Assembly (NCBI GenBank): GCA_958009085.1
Contig: OY253668.1
Coordinates: 930,001 to 994,000 of the forward strand
Origin: Protoeuglena noctilucae
Lineage: Eukaryota
DNA: 64,000 nucleotides
Direction of reading: 5' to 3'
In this document: in pieces, positions 46,601-60,343 of the stretch
How the letters are laid out: each line of letters starts with the position of its first letter
How positions within the stretch are numbered: position 1 is the first letter of the stretch
Position numbers and translations under genes: made by a program
Notes under the pieces: model-generated
Databases searched by the model: none
The model's input: the letters and a program-made list of their open reading frames with translations, nothing else
Told to the model about the DNA's origin: nothing

Positions 46601-49437
46601 TCTGGAAGAGGTCAGGGATGGGCTAGGGGTGACGGGGAGCATGGAATGAGCCAAATTGGCATTACATCTTGGCACATCCACCCCACCCTTGTCACGCCCT
46701 CCACGCAGGCTACAAGACGGCTACCGCACCTCCGGCGCCGCGAGCACCCCATCCGCGCCGGCCAGCAAGGGGTGAGGCGCCTGCTCACTCAGTTGATAGG
46801 GGCATGGAATTGCATCACACTCACCCACATCACGCCCCCTTATCAACCAACAGCAGCACTTCCCTGACCCTTCCCTCCCCACCCCTCTCCCCCCAGTTCC
46901 GTGTTGCTCACTGCCGACATCTGCGCCGCGTGGGTCGACTGCCTGACGGCGGCTATGGACGACGCCGCGCCCCTTCGCGCGCCCGGCACGCAGCAGGGGG
47001 CCCTGGAGCCCATCGCAAAGTTCCGAGCCACCGACGGCCACGCACAGGTGAGACGACGCGCCAGCGATGGGCTATTGAAGGGGCGTGTGAGGGCGACGCG
47101 CCAGCGACCACCCACAGACCCGGCGCATGGCAGTCTCTGTCTCTCGTTGTGACATGCCGCGACCGGTCACCATGAACACCTCTCTCTGCACATCGTCTGC
47201 TCGTAGCCTGGCGTCACACCTGGTGCCTCTCCTTCATCCCCCAGGTCCGTGCCCCTGGCGTCCCCCATGCTCGCCTGGCCTCCGCCCTGGCGCTGTGCCG
47301 GGACGTGTGCGCGGCCCGCACGCCCCCCGTCGCCGCGGACACTCTCATGGCGGACGGGAGCGGCGCCCGGGCCGCCTTCCCCGCCTTCCGCCTGCCCCCT
47401 GACCTGGTGAGCGGATAGCTAGCAGATGTATGCGGCGTCCATCTGTTCCAACCCTTCGAGAGAGACAACACCTGTGCATCATTGCAAGGATGGAGAGAGC
47501 GTTGCTGTCTGTATACCACAACCACGTCGAACTGTTAGTTGCAGTTAGGCAGAGCCAGGTTGTCGCACACTGGCCACCCACACCTGCTCTGCACCGCCAC
47601 TCGCCAGCCATTGACCTGTCCCAGCCCCTCCTCCCCCCAGCACGCCTGGTTGCTGCGTCAGTTGGTCCGCCAGACCAACGGCCGCCTGGCTCCGTGGCAG
47701 TCGGTGGCCCTGGCGTCCCTGGGCGTGACCAGCGACACGGTCGGACTGGCGTTCGAGGTCATGGCGAGGGCTCTCGCGGCACAGGTCGGGAACGTCCCCA
47801 TCACGCACGAGGCTGGTGAGGGCGCGGGGATGGTGCGGTGGGATGCCATGGCATGCGCGGTGATTTGCAGAGCAGGCGTGGCAAACAGAGCACCGTCTGT
47901 GGCCTCTGCCCTTGTTCATCCTCATCCACCGTTGCCCACATACACCTCTCCCCTCCCCCCTCAGCTCTCCGCCTTCTCGCCTTCAGCCGCCCCGACTTCC
48001 TCTCCCCGCCCCCCGCCTCCGGCCCCGCCTCCGGCCCCGCACCGCTGCCCTCCTCGGGGACCTGGGGGTGCGTCACGGCCGTGGACACCGGCGACGGAGT
48101 GTGGCACGAGGTGATGCACGGCAGGATGGGGCCATGCGGCAGCACAAGAGTGCCGAGTAACTAAGGGGCGAGAGCGCTGGACAGAGTACCTGCCACTTGC
48201 ATCCGCTTCCTGGCTACCTCTCCATCGCTCCTCCCTCTCTTAATCCACTCCTCATTCAAACTCCCTCTGCACCCCTTCTCGCACCCAGGTGGGCGTGGGT
48301 GCGATGCCCAAGCCCCGCAAGCGCGGGCGGCGCAGGAAGGACGAGGTGGCGAGGGAGGAGAGGGCAGACGCGGGCAGCCGAGATGCCGCCGTAACTGGCA
48401 TCGCCGGCATGCGGCAGGTGGTGGGGTCCACGTCGTCGTATGCGCGTGTGCCCCTGCCGTCCCCCAGCCCCGTGCTGACGGTGGCGGCGGACGAGGCGTG
48501 GGGGGTCGAGGGCGCGCCGGCGATGCAGGGCTCGGTGCTGGCGAGGGCGGAGGCGTGGAGGGTGGTGCCTGGGGCGAGGGACAGGGCACACGCAGCGCGC
48601 ATGATCAAGTAAGGGGTTGGTGGGGGAGGGCACATGCACTGTGGGAAACCCGTCATACGTGCGAAAGCGCGTTGCTTGACCTCCCCGCTCCCCTCTCAGA
48701 CCTCATCTGAGGCCTAACTCACCCTCTCTTCCACCCCTGCCCCCCACAGGCGCTGGATGCGTTGCGTTCAGTTTGACGCCTCCCACGGCCTCCTCACCCC
48801 CAAGCAGCGGCAGCTGTTACTGGCGCTGGGGATCTGGGGACTCTTCACCCCCTCCGCCACGACCCACGCCAGCCCGCGCCCGTCACCCACCGTCGCTGCG
48901 AACCATACCACCTCTGCTGTAACCATGCATGCCGGTGCTACCGCTCCCCGTGCCCGCAACCCCTCGCGCCCGCGTGGGCTGACGGAGGGGCAGGCCCAGG
49001 CTCTGCAGCGCCGCGTGGGGGAGGCGCTGCTGCGGTCGTCCGAGCGCTACAGCCCCTGGGATGTGCGACTGGCGGGGCTGGTGCAGGCGCTTGTGGATGC
49101 GGGGGCCAGGGGGGTGGCAGGAGGTGAGAGACGGCATGGGAAAGAGAGAGAGAGCGTGTGCAGCGTTGCATGGTTGAGGGGTGGAACGTGGTGTACCGAG
49201 TGTAACAAACAATCACCCTTCGATCGTGCCGCAGACGAGGTGCGGCTCTCCGCGGACCTCTCGGCCTGGCTGGAGGAGCAGCGGGCGGCGGCGGCGGCGG
49301 GGTCGCTGGGGCCGAGGCGCGCGGCTCAGTTGGAGGCCCTGGGGGTCGACCTGAAGCCTCGGTCGGGGGCGAAGGCGGCGGGGGCGGGGGTGGGGCAGGG
49401 GGCGCTTGCGGGGATGCACGACGGCGTGGGGGCGTGA
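43696..49437 (+). CDS. Helicase-associated (HA) domain repeat protein, probably plastid-targeted, no helicase core
   Basis: WDRRALELAAYKHHHGH|NVPEDWPGNPELSSWLRRQ..GTLSPERTAVLDDIGVSF is a canonical HA repeat. Degenerate copies follow: LAHWLELQR, HAWLLRQ..GRLAPWQSVALASLGV, GLLTPKQRQLLLALG and LSAWLEEQR..GSLGPRRAAQLEALGV. The N-terminus is Arg/Ala/Ser-rich. Confidence 0.7.
44788..44951 (+). repeat. 51-bp tandem repeat, 3 full copies plus a partial copy, spanning an exon/intron junction
   Basis: ggagaggaa starts at 44788, 44839, 44890 and 44941. Each full unit contains atggtcgag|gtgaggcgtgacgtgggtggggg. Confidence 0.95.
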
Positions 49438-49651
49438 CGATGGGCGGTTGAGACAGTGCATGGCGTGTGTGTTTGGGAACGAGTCCCCTGGTTGCATCGT
49501 CTTGGTGACTGGAAGCGTCGTTCATGTGTTTGAGAGAGCGGACTGTGTCGCTGGGCCCAATCGGCGAGTCACGAGCAGACATGGACAGATGCCAGCCTAT
49601 AAGCCTGTGAAAGTGCTCTCCGCTGCGCCATGCTGCCCCACCCGCGCCCCG

Positions 49652-52600
49652 TCATCCGAGCAACTTGAGGCCGTGCCGGTGCGGTCGGCTGATGGTGGCG
49701 TTGTACCGTGCCAGCTCCGCCTCTGCCTTGCCGAACCACTCGTCGCGGATGCGCTGCAGCGACGCCTCCACCGAAATCTGCGAACACCCAGCGAAGATGT
49801 TGTCACTTGCAGTGGTCACTTGCAGTGCTTTGTAGCGTCTGCCAGCCAGTGGCAGCGACTAGCAGACCCATCACTGCCAAGCGATCGCGTGACCTGACGC
49901 CGTGCGCAGCGCTGTCCGCCCCGCCCTCACCTCTCCGTCTCTCCGCCTCTCCACCTCCCCGCGCCACGACTCCCCCGCCCGCCGCTCCGCCTCTGCCTCC
50001 GCTTGCGCTGCCGCCTCCGCCGACGCTGCCGCAGCCGCCGCCGCAGCCGCAGCCGCCGCGTCCGCTTTCCCGACCTTGCCCGCCTTCTCCTTCTCCTTCT
50101 CTTTTGCCTCCTTGCCCGCCGGGGCTGCCCCCACCGCCGGGGCCGGCGCCTGCACCCCCGCTCCCGCCACCCCCACCGCCGCACCGCCCACCAGCCACGC
50201 TGGAAGGAAGGAGAGCACTTCGGCGTGCGAGGGGGCGCGTGCAGGCAACTCCGGCATCTCCGCGTCTCCCTCGGCGTCGGGGAGCTCGTCTAAGGAATCT
50301 GCGGATGGGCGAGGGACGTGGGAGAGATGAAGGGGCATGCGGATGGGTGGACCAGCGAGGCAGAGAGACGATGGAAGGACGGATGAGTGAGGTGAACACG
50401 TCCACTCAACCGGCATGCCATCAGCTCAGGCATTGGTACCCATCACTGACGTCGCAAAGTGCAAAACCTTCCGCTCACCCGGCCCGGCCATCAGCTCCGG
50501 CACCACCACCACCGCCGCCCCCGCCAGCGTCTTGGCCGCCAGCGTTTCTGGCAGGTCCTCCGCCGGGTCCCCCGCCAGGAGCGTCGCGGTGATGCCAGAA
50601 GCAAGTGCAGGAGCGGCGGGCGCCATGGGCAGGTTGCGGCGGGTGTGGGTGGCACGCTGGGACCAGGGGCCGTGCGGGTGGCCGTGGAGGTGCGCGCCGA
50701 CCGACCGGCGCCCCTGCGATCCCCGCAGCTGCGAGTCCGCCATCGTCCGCTGCGAGTCGGCGCGGGCGGTGGGGCCCGGGGCGCGGGTGCGGGCGAACGA
50801 GGATTGGCTGGGGGGAGCCCCGGGGGAGCCTGGGCGGGCCGACTGCGGCGAGGGAGGGGCGGTGGGGTGAGAAGGTGTACAAGAGGGCATTGCTGGGAGA
50901 GGCGTGACTGCGCTGCGTGACCACATGCCACCCCATCTGTGACACTCCACCCTAACATGGGCATCTCTTGCCACGCACCGCAGTCGCGGACCCTGGCCGA
51001 TTGGACGCAGCGGTGTGCCTGCCGAGTCGCAGGGACCCATCGGGGGAGGGCGACCGGTGTCGCAGGGTGGCGAAGAGGTCCGGTGCCACTCCGCCCGCCC
51101 CTGCCTCGGCGGTGGCGGGGGCGCGGAGGGTGCGCATGCCGGAGACGGTGGGGAGGGAGGGGGAGAGGCCCGACAGCACGAGACACTGCGGGGGTGGGGG
51201 TGAGCGCGAGGGGTGAGGAGGCAGTGGGAGAGATGGTGGTTTGCACACAAGCACGGCTCTCGTCACTACACTCGAGCAACAACCACCCCCGCCGCTCTCG
51301 CCTGCAGGGTGGGGCGGTAGGCGTCCGCAAGCGTGGGCACCGACAGCCCCGCCATGGCCAGCACCGAGTTCTCCGCCCGCAGCTGCGTGAGGCTCGACTC
51401 CGGCTGCGGGTAGGCCCTCGGGTACAGCGGGTGTCGGTCGTCGAACCCCCACGACGCCTTGTGCGTGGCCGTGGTGCGGTGCTCCGAGTACCGCGTCCCG
51501 ATGGGCAGGGCCGTGAAGCCGGGGTCGCGGGCATGGGGAGGCACCGGGCGCAGCGCGTGCTCCAGCTCTGCGAGGTGGGGAGGGTACGTGCGTCATGGGA
51601 TGCATGTATGTGCCATTTGTAAAGGTGACTGTCTGCTCTACGGGTGGGTAGCACAGGGCACGTGGCATGCGCATGAAAGCGGCATGCACCTCCACCACTG
51701 CAGCATCCATTCTACTACTCTTGTGTGCTTCCCCATCACCACTCGCCTTGCAAAGGGGCCATGGGCACCACGTCCCCCACCATCTCCTCCTCCGCCCCCG
51801 TGAACAGTCCCTGGTCCCTCAGTGGGGGCGCGTAGTCGGGGCACGGCTCAAACACCTCCGGGCCGTACCCCAGGAGCTTGTACGTCAGCGGCACCTGCAC
51901 CTCCAGCTGCGGCTGCTTCTCCCACTCGGCCACTGGGGACAACAAGGGTAAGGATGCAGTGGGGGTGACATGGAAACCTTCCCGCCGTCTCTCCTCCGCA
52001 CATGCACAGCCCGTTCCACATCCCCCTACCCCTCGTGCACTGCCACCCATCATCCCCCCTCACCCGCCCCCAGCGCCGTGGGCTCCTTCCTCGGCTGGAA
52101 CCGCTTGGCCCGGAACACGGGCAGCACGCTCTGCACCACCCGGTCGATGTCGACGTCGGGGAGCGTGGACCGCATGTCCTGGGCGCTCGAGACGGCGCCC
52201 TTGTCCAGCTTCTCCGCCATCTTGGCCAGCTGCTCCTTGTTGCGGCTGGCGGCATCCAGGAAGCGGTTGAGCCGGCGCAGGCGCTTGGCGGCGCGTCTAC
52301 GGTAGATGGTGCGGAGGACGGCGGCGCGGAAGCGGTCCAGGGTGCGGCAGCGCATGTCCCAGGCATCTGTGTGAGTGGGGAGAGAGAGGGAGGTGAGAGA
52401 GCGCACTCTCGCACAGCACTTTGTTGATCGATGCACGGCGATGACTGCGACCGTACCATCATCTCTCGTAATCATCCCTCACCGTTCTCGTACGTGTTGA
52501 AGGAGGGCTTGATGTCGTCCTCCGGCTTGGCGTCCGTGGCCCTCATGTGCCCGTCCGCCCCGTCCTCGTCCCCATCCCCCATGACCTCCCCTTGCTTCAT

Positions 52601-55452
52601 CGGGGGATTGTCACGCACCCACACCGCCGCGCCCTGCGATCGCAGAGCGATGGTAAATGACACGACTAGTCACAATGCATCCTGCTTTACTCTCCATTGG
52701 TGGAGCTCATCCATCTACCCAGCCGCGCTGCCCACTCCGCTGTTGTTCTGCCCCACCCCACCCCTTAGCGCAACACCCCCCTCCCTCGCCTGCTCCGCCT
52801 CCGCCTCCACCCTCTTGAGCGCCGCTTTCCGAATCCTCTTCTCCGCGTCCTCCTGGAACCTCTCCATCTCCTTGGTGAACAGCCACACCTGCTCCTCGTC
52901 CATCAGAGACTCGCCCACAAACGCGCCCCCGCCGCGCGTGTCCTTGTACTGAGGGGGGCGGGAGAGGGAAACAATAATGAGTGGAAGCAATCAGTTAGAC
53001 TAGCATCCATGCCACAGTGATGCAGGTGACACGGCTGGGAGTGGGCCCACCACCCCTCAGCCACTCACCAACAATTGCAACCCCACCCGCCGCACTCACA
53101 CCACCCATCCCTGCCCCATCCCCCATCATCCCCGCCCACCTTGATGAGCTCGGACGCCGCCTCGAACTGCCGCATGAAGAGTCCCTCCTTGGCCACCTTG
53201 TCCACGCTGGGGTCGTCCAGCACCGTCACCATCTTGCACACCGCGAAGGACTCCAAGTCCAAGCCCTTGCCCTTGCGCCTGCCCTGGGGTGACCCGGTGC
53301 CCCTTTCGCGCTCTCGGTCGCGCCTGGCCCCCCGCCCCCGCTCCGGCGTCCCCTCTTCCCCGCTGCCCTCCTCCCTCAGCTCCGGCGACCCCGCCTCCTC
53401 CGTCTTCCTCGCAAGCATCGACACCTGCCGCGCCAGGCGCTCCTCCTGGGTGCGCTTGTTCACGATGAAGGCCTTCATGTCCTGCGGGGGTCACAAAAGA
53501 ACGATGGTCACGATAAAAGTTGCATGTCTTGATCAGGACAGCGAAGGGTGTCGATGTGGCTGCAGGTGTGGTGGCGGGCATGGCCCTCATGCAAACCTGG
53601 AAAGGCAGTCCCCACCTTCAGTCGCAGCTTGCCCAGCTTTTGCCCCACGACCACGTTCACGGTGTGCTGCACCGACAGCGCCCGGCTGTCGTCCGGCATC
53701 CACACCCCGTCCACCTCCCGCTCCGCCGTCGGGGCCCTCGGCCGCGGCAGACGCAGCTCGATCGGGGCGGGACGGCCCGTCTCCAGCGCTCGCTGTAATG
53801 CCCGGCGCTCCCGCACCGCCTTGGTCAGGCGCGTGTAGGCGTCGCCGCCCCCCGCCCCGCCCCCGGCCCCGCGCCCCCCCCGCGTCCCCGTCATCCCCTC
53901 CTCCGCCGTCCCGCCCCAGCTCGCCCCCGCCGCCTCCGTGCCCGCCCCCAGCCCCAGCCGCCCCATCTCAATCGACAAGGCCAGCTCGGCCGCCCCACCC
54001 GGCGTCGCGCTCCCCGCCAGCGCCACGCGCCGCGGCTGCGAGCCCAGCTCCGAGGTGACGATCTCCAGCGTCGTGGCGGCCGTGGACAGGGCCGTGGGCG
54101 TGTATGTGACTGCGGGCGGGGGTGGGGTGGGAATGGAGGCGCGAGGGGGGGATTCTGTGTAATGCAAAACTGAGAAGGAGGACCATCTCGAGTCACCAGA
54201 CGAGGTACCGCACACACGAGTGACTGGACTGACACCGTCCCAGTCTGACATCCACAACCACCACCGCATGCGTCGGCCCTCACCGGTGAGTATGGTGACC
54301 TGGCCGCCCGTGAGGGTCCCCGAGGTGGGCTCCACGGTGAACTCTGGCACGGGCGGGTACATGGACGCGCGGAACTCGAACTGCACGGGTGCGTCGCACC
54401 CCAGCGGCACAACCTTGACGTACGTACGGCCCAAAGCGCACTTGCCGAAGTCGAGGCGCTTGGGGAGGGGCGGGCCCCCGGCCACGGGGTACGCGTGGAG
54501 GGGGACCACCAGGTTCTCTCCCTGCAAGTGGGCAGGTGGGGACGGAGGGTGCGGGAGTTGGCGAGAGTGGCTGAGAGAGGGAGCGTAAAACAACAGATGA
54601 GAACAGTGAGCTGCCTTCACAAGGTAACCTTGATCGTGTCTCTTCACTCCCACCCCTGCCCCGTCTCACCTCGCAGTGCACCTTGATCGTGTCGTAATAG
54701 TACTGGCACGCCTGCCCCTGGAACTCCACTTCCACGACCTGACTCATGCCGGGGCGGATGGTGCCCATCCCCTCCGACACAGCCAGCCGGAAAAAGGCCG
54801 TCGTGGGGCCCAGGACGTGGAACCGCGTCGGGCGAGGGCCCACGTTCACGAGGGACAGGCGGCGACGCTCGCGACGCTGCAGCTCGAACCCGGCGAACTG
54901 CACGACGCTGGGCTGCGCCATCAGCACCCCGTTGCTGCCCACCGCCGTGAACGTCTGAGACTGCGCCACGATGTGCGCTGCGGGGGCGCAGGAGGCAGGT
55001 CAGGTGCAGCAGGCCAGGGCGGGCCTCGCGCCACGCGGCCAGGCGTCGCGGGCGGTACTCACGGGCCTGCCCGGGATGGGGATCCATAAAGTCTTGATTC
55101 ACGAGGCCGTCCTGGCTCTGCCGCGCCGTCGCCGCGCGGCGCTTCGGACCATGCTTGGCGAGGTGCCAATTGCGCTCGTCGCGGAGGGCGTCCCGCATGG
55201 CTTTGGCTGGAAACGGACAGACAATGATATCAGCACACACGTGCTGACGCGATGATACCGCTCCTTGCGCGCGGGGCCCAGCTCGCCTGCTGCGACTGGA
55301 GGCAAGGCACGCCCGTTGCTGGGCTGGAAGAGGGCGAGATCCTCGGCCGTCTCGCCCATCATCTCCGAGTCGCGGTTGATGCTGAGAAACGACTCCTCCA
55401 TCGTCGCAAAGCCGGGGCCTTCCAGAAGGGCCCCTCCCTCGGCGTCACCCAT
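49652..55452 (-). CDS. CFAP221: Cilia/flagella central-pair protein CFAP221 (PCDP1/FAP221)
   Basis: AQPSVVQFAGFE..LVNV..RFHVLGPTT..PGMS..YYYDTIKVHCE|GENLVVPLHAYPV..LGCDAPVQFEF and VNVVVGQKLGKLRLK|D match CFAP221. An IQ-like FRAAVLRTIYRRRAAKRL and VPLTYKLLGY are also present. Confidence 0.88.
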
Positions 55453-56010
55453 GGCGCTTCCCACGCAGAGAGCGCGTCCTCGGGGCACCGAGAGACCAAA
55501 CCGATTGGCGGGATAGTACCTATGCAATGACAATCATTATGGGCTGCCCTGCCGGCTCTGCGCCCCCCTCAGGGGCGCCGGAGGGCGCTCAACATGTATG
55601 TCCCCGAACCAAAAGCACAGGCCGCGCAAAGCCACCACAAGGGTCCCGCCAACTCGAGTAGTAGACGCAGTCTATCGCAGCAGCTCCTGAGGCCGAGCCG
55701 ACATCCGCACGAGCGACACGAGCGGTCTGTCGTCGCACTGGCGGAGTCGGCGACCCAACGAAGGCGTTCCGCGAGCGCACGTGTTCTCAGACACGTAGCT
55801 TACAAGCACGAGCCGGAAAGAGGCGCGTGCGAAGGCATCCTCACGCTGTAGCCGACGTACGACAGCCCGCAGGAGATTGAAGCGTACTGGCTCGGCGCTC
55901 TGTGCCCAACCGCAGGCCCGCGGCCCCGACAGCACAGAACAGCCCTAAGCTTGACATTGCGGTCGCTCCGGGGGGTCGATTTGGGGGGTGCGATGTCGGG
56001 TGGGCCGAGC

Positions 56011-56797
56011 ATGTACATCAGGGTGAAGCGGGGCAAAGTGACCATCATGGTGTCGTGCACGTGAGTTGCGCGATCAATATGAATGCATACACGGCTCCTT
56101 GTCCAGCTGCGGCTACCTGCGGGACCGCCCAGACCCCCTGCGCGCTGCCGTGGGCAGGCCTCCCCTGCACGCCCGTCCTGTGGCGCAACGCCGCCCTCCC
56201 TGTGCTTGCGCGCGCCTCCAATATGCCAGGACATGAGCATCATTGCTACCCATACACGCAGCCCAACGGATTGCATCCTGGAGATCAAGAACAAGCTGCA
56301 GTCCGTGGTGGACGTGGTGAGCGGCGTATTCGGCAGACATCAGGGACTCCCCTGACCCCGCCGTGTGTCTCGTGATTGTAGTGTCGCGCGGTTCGCGCGC
56401 CCAGCGCATAGCCAGCGACAGCCGACGGCCTCCTGACCCTGCCGCACAAGGTGTCTTCCGTTGCGTGTCCCTCGCAGCCGCCAGAGAAGCTCAAATTGGT
56501 CAAGGGGCCCCTGGAGTTGGACGACGCCAAGACGCTGGAGGACATGGGCGTGCAGGTGAAGTTGTGTACTCCAGGGCACCGCGTTCGGAGTTCTGAGCCG
56601 GGACCCTCCCTGCGAGGCTGACTCGCATCGAAGGGTGTTCGTGAGGAACAGCGCTTGTCCGGCACCCGCAGAACGATGACATTGTGGCCATGTGCTTCCT
56701 GAACCAGGACGGGAGCGGTTTCGAGGAGCCCAACATCGTCTACCCGCGGGGCGCCGAGGGAGCCGAGGAGGGGCCGTTGCCAGGGGAGGCCAGCTAG
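56011..56797 (+). CDS. ELOB: Elongin B-like ubiquitin-fold protein
   Basis: Four exons: MYIRVKRGKVTIMVSCT|PTDCILEIKNKLQSVVD|PPEKLKLVKGPLELDDAKTLEDMGVQ|NDDIVAMCFLNQDGSGFEEPNI. Confidence 0.85.
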
Positions 56798-56977
56798 TAG
56801 CATGCTCACGAGCCGGGCGACAGATATACACGCAGGAGCGACGCAGATTAGTTGGCGGCTTGACACGCCCTCCGTGGCACGGGCGACTTGCGCAACAGTG
56901 GCCACCTCTAGTCGCTCGCTCGCTCCTATCAACGCCTCATGAAGTACTTTGAAACGGACTGGGGGAAACGGCGCGAA

Positions 56978-58278
56978 ATGGCGGGGGTTACATCGGGTCC
57001 AGCCAACCTGGCTGGTCCGAGACCCTCAGGATTTGTGGAGATGGACCTTGACGACCCCCTTGAGGTCCTCCCGCGCTCCCGGTGATTTGCTGACACCAGG
57101 CTCGGGCCCGCTCGGCGCTGCGGTGGATTGTTTCACAGCGCCCCTTAGAAGGGAGGCTCATTTTCTGCCAAAAGGCTGGTATGACGGCCTCGACCTTCGG
57201 CATTCCGCACGCAGGTACGGAGTTCGATCGTTACGTGTCTCCGACCAGACGGCTAGCGCAAGGGTCGGCGAACCGGGGGCAGCAGCATTATGGCCCAAAA
57301 CCGCGCCTTTTTACACCGCTCTCGAGGAATGCTCGAACGTGGAGCCACCCGCGCTGCGAGATATGTCCGCGGGGCGAGGCGGCGGCTTGCGGAAGCGGCT
57401 GAAGAGGGCGCTGCGGAGGAACGCGGAGGCTCAGAGCCGGCTCGCGGAGCCCACGTTCCAGCGCAAGTGAGGGCATGCTTGGTAGATACATCTGGCAAAC
57501 CCGAGGAGAGGTCATGAGTGATGGTATCCCCAGCCGCCGCTTGCGCAGGTCTTGGACGCAGCGAGCAGCGATTGGTGCCCAGGCCGCCGCGATGGGGATT
57601 GCCGCCCTGATCATCACCCCCTTTCTGGCCTGCATATCGTGCATCCCGCATGACTGCCCCAGGCACGTGGCAGCCTGGCTGCCGCAGGCGTGTGCGAGGC
57701 TGCACTTCCGTCAGAATCCCCGCCAATGTCTCTTGACCCCTGGGTGTGATCACAGGTTCTCGCGCAGGGCTCGGCGGGGTGACGACCACCTCTGGGACCG
57801 CAGAGATGGGGAGCGCAGCGATGCAGACCTGACACACCGGACAAGCGACGGCGCGCGGTACCTCAGCCGCCACACGCTGTGGGGAGGGCCCCAGGAGTCC
57901 CCGGCGGGTGAGGAGCGGGTGCTGCTATAGCGGACGTTGTCCGACTGGGACGTGCGTGCGTGACTAGCATCGCTCGCAACCCCCTCGCGCCATGCAGGCT
58001 TCGTCCCCGATCACTGGGATGCCGTGCCGCTGTTTGCGCTGGCGACCCCGGAGTCCCACGGGGGATCCGATCAGGCGGACTGGTGGACCCGGGCATCCAG
58101 CACGCATCTGGGGCGCGGGGAGGGGCACTAGCACCAGGACTGAGGGAGGTGGGGGAGGGGGTCTGCGCCATGTACAGCTACTTTGGTCAGGAGTGTAGCA
58201 AAGGGCTCGCGGCGGCCCGGACATGCATGCACACGCGGCGTCTGTTCACGATGTGCGGCCGGGCCCAGCGAGCCTAGA
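56978..58278 (+). CDS. Hypothetical multi-exon protein with one possible transmembrane helix
   Basis: Plausible ATG and GT-AG sites, and a hydrophobic stretch AAIGAQAAAMGIAALIITPFLACI. No recognised domain. Confidence 0.25.
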
Positions 58279-60343
58279 AGCTTTAAAAGGACAGGGCCGG
58301 AAGCGGCCTATGCGGCTAGTTGAGAAAACGTGCCATGGGACGAAAAACCGGGACATAAGCGAAGCACGCAAACCGTGACATGAGGCTGGCGCCGAAAGAA
58401 GCCCGGGGCCGCGCCCCCGATGCAATTGCGCGGGAGTTGGGATGGACGGTGGAATGGATGCACGTGTGGCAGATGCCTGGACGGCCGCGCTGGATGTGTG
58501 CAGGAGCCAGGCTCTAGGAAGTGCATCTGAGGGGCACGAGCGCCTGGGCTGATGGCCGGGAAACGTGCGGCCGCGCTAGAAGAGTACACTCGAGGACGAG
58601 CTAGGCTAGGGCAAAAGGCGCCCACTAGCACCTGGGAGGTGCGGAGTGCGGTGGAACAGGGAAAGCAAGGCACGCTAGCATGTGCCTGTGCCTGGAAAGG
58701 ACTGATCGCCTCCACTGCCCCGTCCGCTGCTGTTGTGCGGGAGTCGGAGCGAACGCATTGCTGCCCCGGTCGGGGCCTCGTAACTGATTGGGGCCCATTG
58801 GGGCCCGTGGGCTGCGGGCAGCCCTCCATAGCCATCTGCCGCAAGACACGAGGGCGTCAGACGCGGCCCTCCTCAGTAACCCTGGGCTCTGCCTGATGGT
58901 GGCCGAAACACGCAAAGGCCCGCATCACACTGCGGAGGACGCCCCCGGGCGCACCGGGCCCCTTGCCTGGCCCCGACCGCGATCGCTCAGGGGGCTGCCC
59001 ACTCCCCAGGGTGGATTTCAAGGCCCCCGTCGGTGTTATTACGGGTGCTGCCCTTGCCCTGGCACGCGCCACCGTGGGTTGCCGAGGGGACTCGGCTGCG
59101 GGGGTGAGGCCGGGGGCAAGAATGGCTGACTTTAGACATGTGTGCATCGGCCATTGCCATTGCCATGACGTGCCCGCTGCCTGAATGAGCATTGCCGTGC
59201 CTGGCTGCCACCCTCACCCAAAGGGAGGCTCGGGGGTGCCCCGATGCCCATGCTGCTGAGGCGAAGGCGGCGCCTCTCAAACTCGTTCATGTTGCCCAGG
59301 GCGTCCGCCAAGCTCTCACGGTAGTGCCTGGACCCAGGTGGGCCGTCCTCAGAGTCTCTGGGGCGACACAGACGCAATGGATTGAATTGACGACGTGCCT
59401 AACTGCTCCATGCAGGCGCTTGCAAAGGCAACGCAGGGAAATGCTCACCGTCCTGAGCTTTGCGGCTCCAGCGTGTGGCTGTAGCGTGGGCTCGGTCCGT
59501 CCTTCGTGTCTTCGTTAAGTGTCGTTTAAGCGTGCTGGTGGCGTGGCTGCCACTTGGGAGACGACCACGAACGCGTCTGCGGATGGGGATTCCGTTTGAA
59601 TGAGAGGCGCATTATGCTGGCATCATGCACGATAGGCGCAGTTATGCTGCCGCTCGTCACCGGCGGAGGCTTGGGTGGCCTGGCCTGGCGTCTGGGCTCG
59701 TGATGAGCCGTGGTTCCCGAGCCATGACTCTCGCCAACGCGAACCTCAACAGTCCGCAGCGGAATCGATGCGTCATTTGGTTCCCGCGAAGGCATTTGCC
59801 CGCCCCCGAGGGAGCTCGTCAGATTTTGCTGTGGCCCACCCAGCCGTGAGAGCGCCACCAGCGCCGGGTCGCGGCTAGCGCCGCTGCCCCGCGTCTCCCG
59901 AATGGTTCTCAAGCTCGACGACCTGAGCGTAGGCCCCTTAACGCCCTGCTCCGACATTGCTCGTCGCCGCTGCCCCTGCCCCAAGTGCGTCACGCGCCTC
60001 TCAGCGAGGACCGCAGAAGGCCTTCCCGCCCCCTCCTCACAGATTCTTACGCGAAAAATAGTAACGGGAGCCATGCCGATGGCGGGCGAGCTTGTCGGTG
60101 GAGAGCTTCAGAGCACCGCGGCTGTCAGGCGCACGGGCACGTGACAAGTGGCGTCGGGCCCCGCGCTGTCCATTCGCCAAGGCGTTGACCCGATTGCCTT
60201 TCGTTTATCAAATACATTCAATGACGCACGCCAAAGGCGGTCCTGTGAGGCTCCAGGCGGCATCCTGTGACAAGGGTTCGCGTCTGCCTGGCGCCTGCTG
60301 CTACTGGCGAGAGTGCGGCGGCGGGTGCGCCGGGGGCGTCCCC

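Noticed and set aside
58300..60300. Possible gene(s) between the hypothetical gene and the PP2C
   Set aside because: Some ATG and splice-like sites exist, but I could not build a supported model or recognise a domain.
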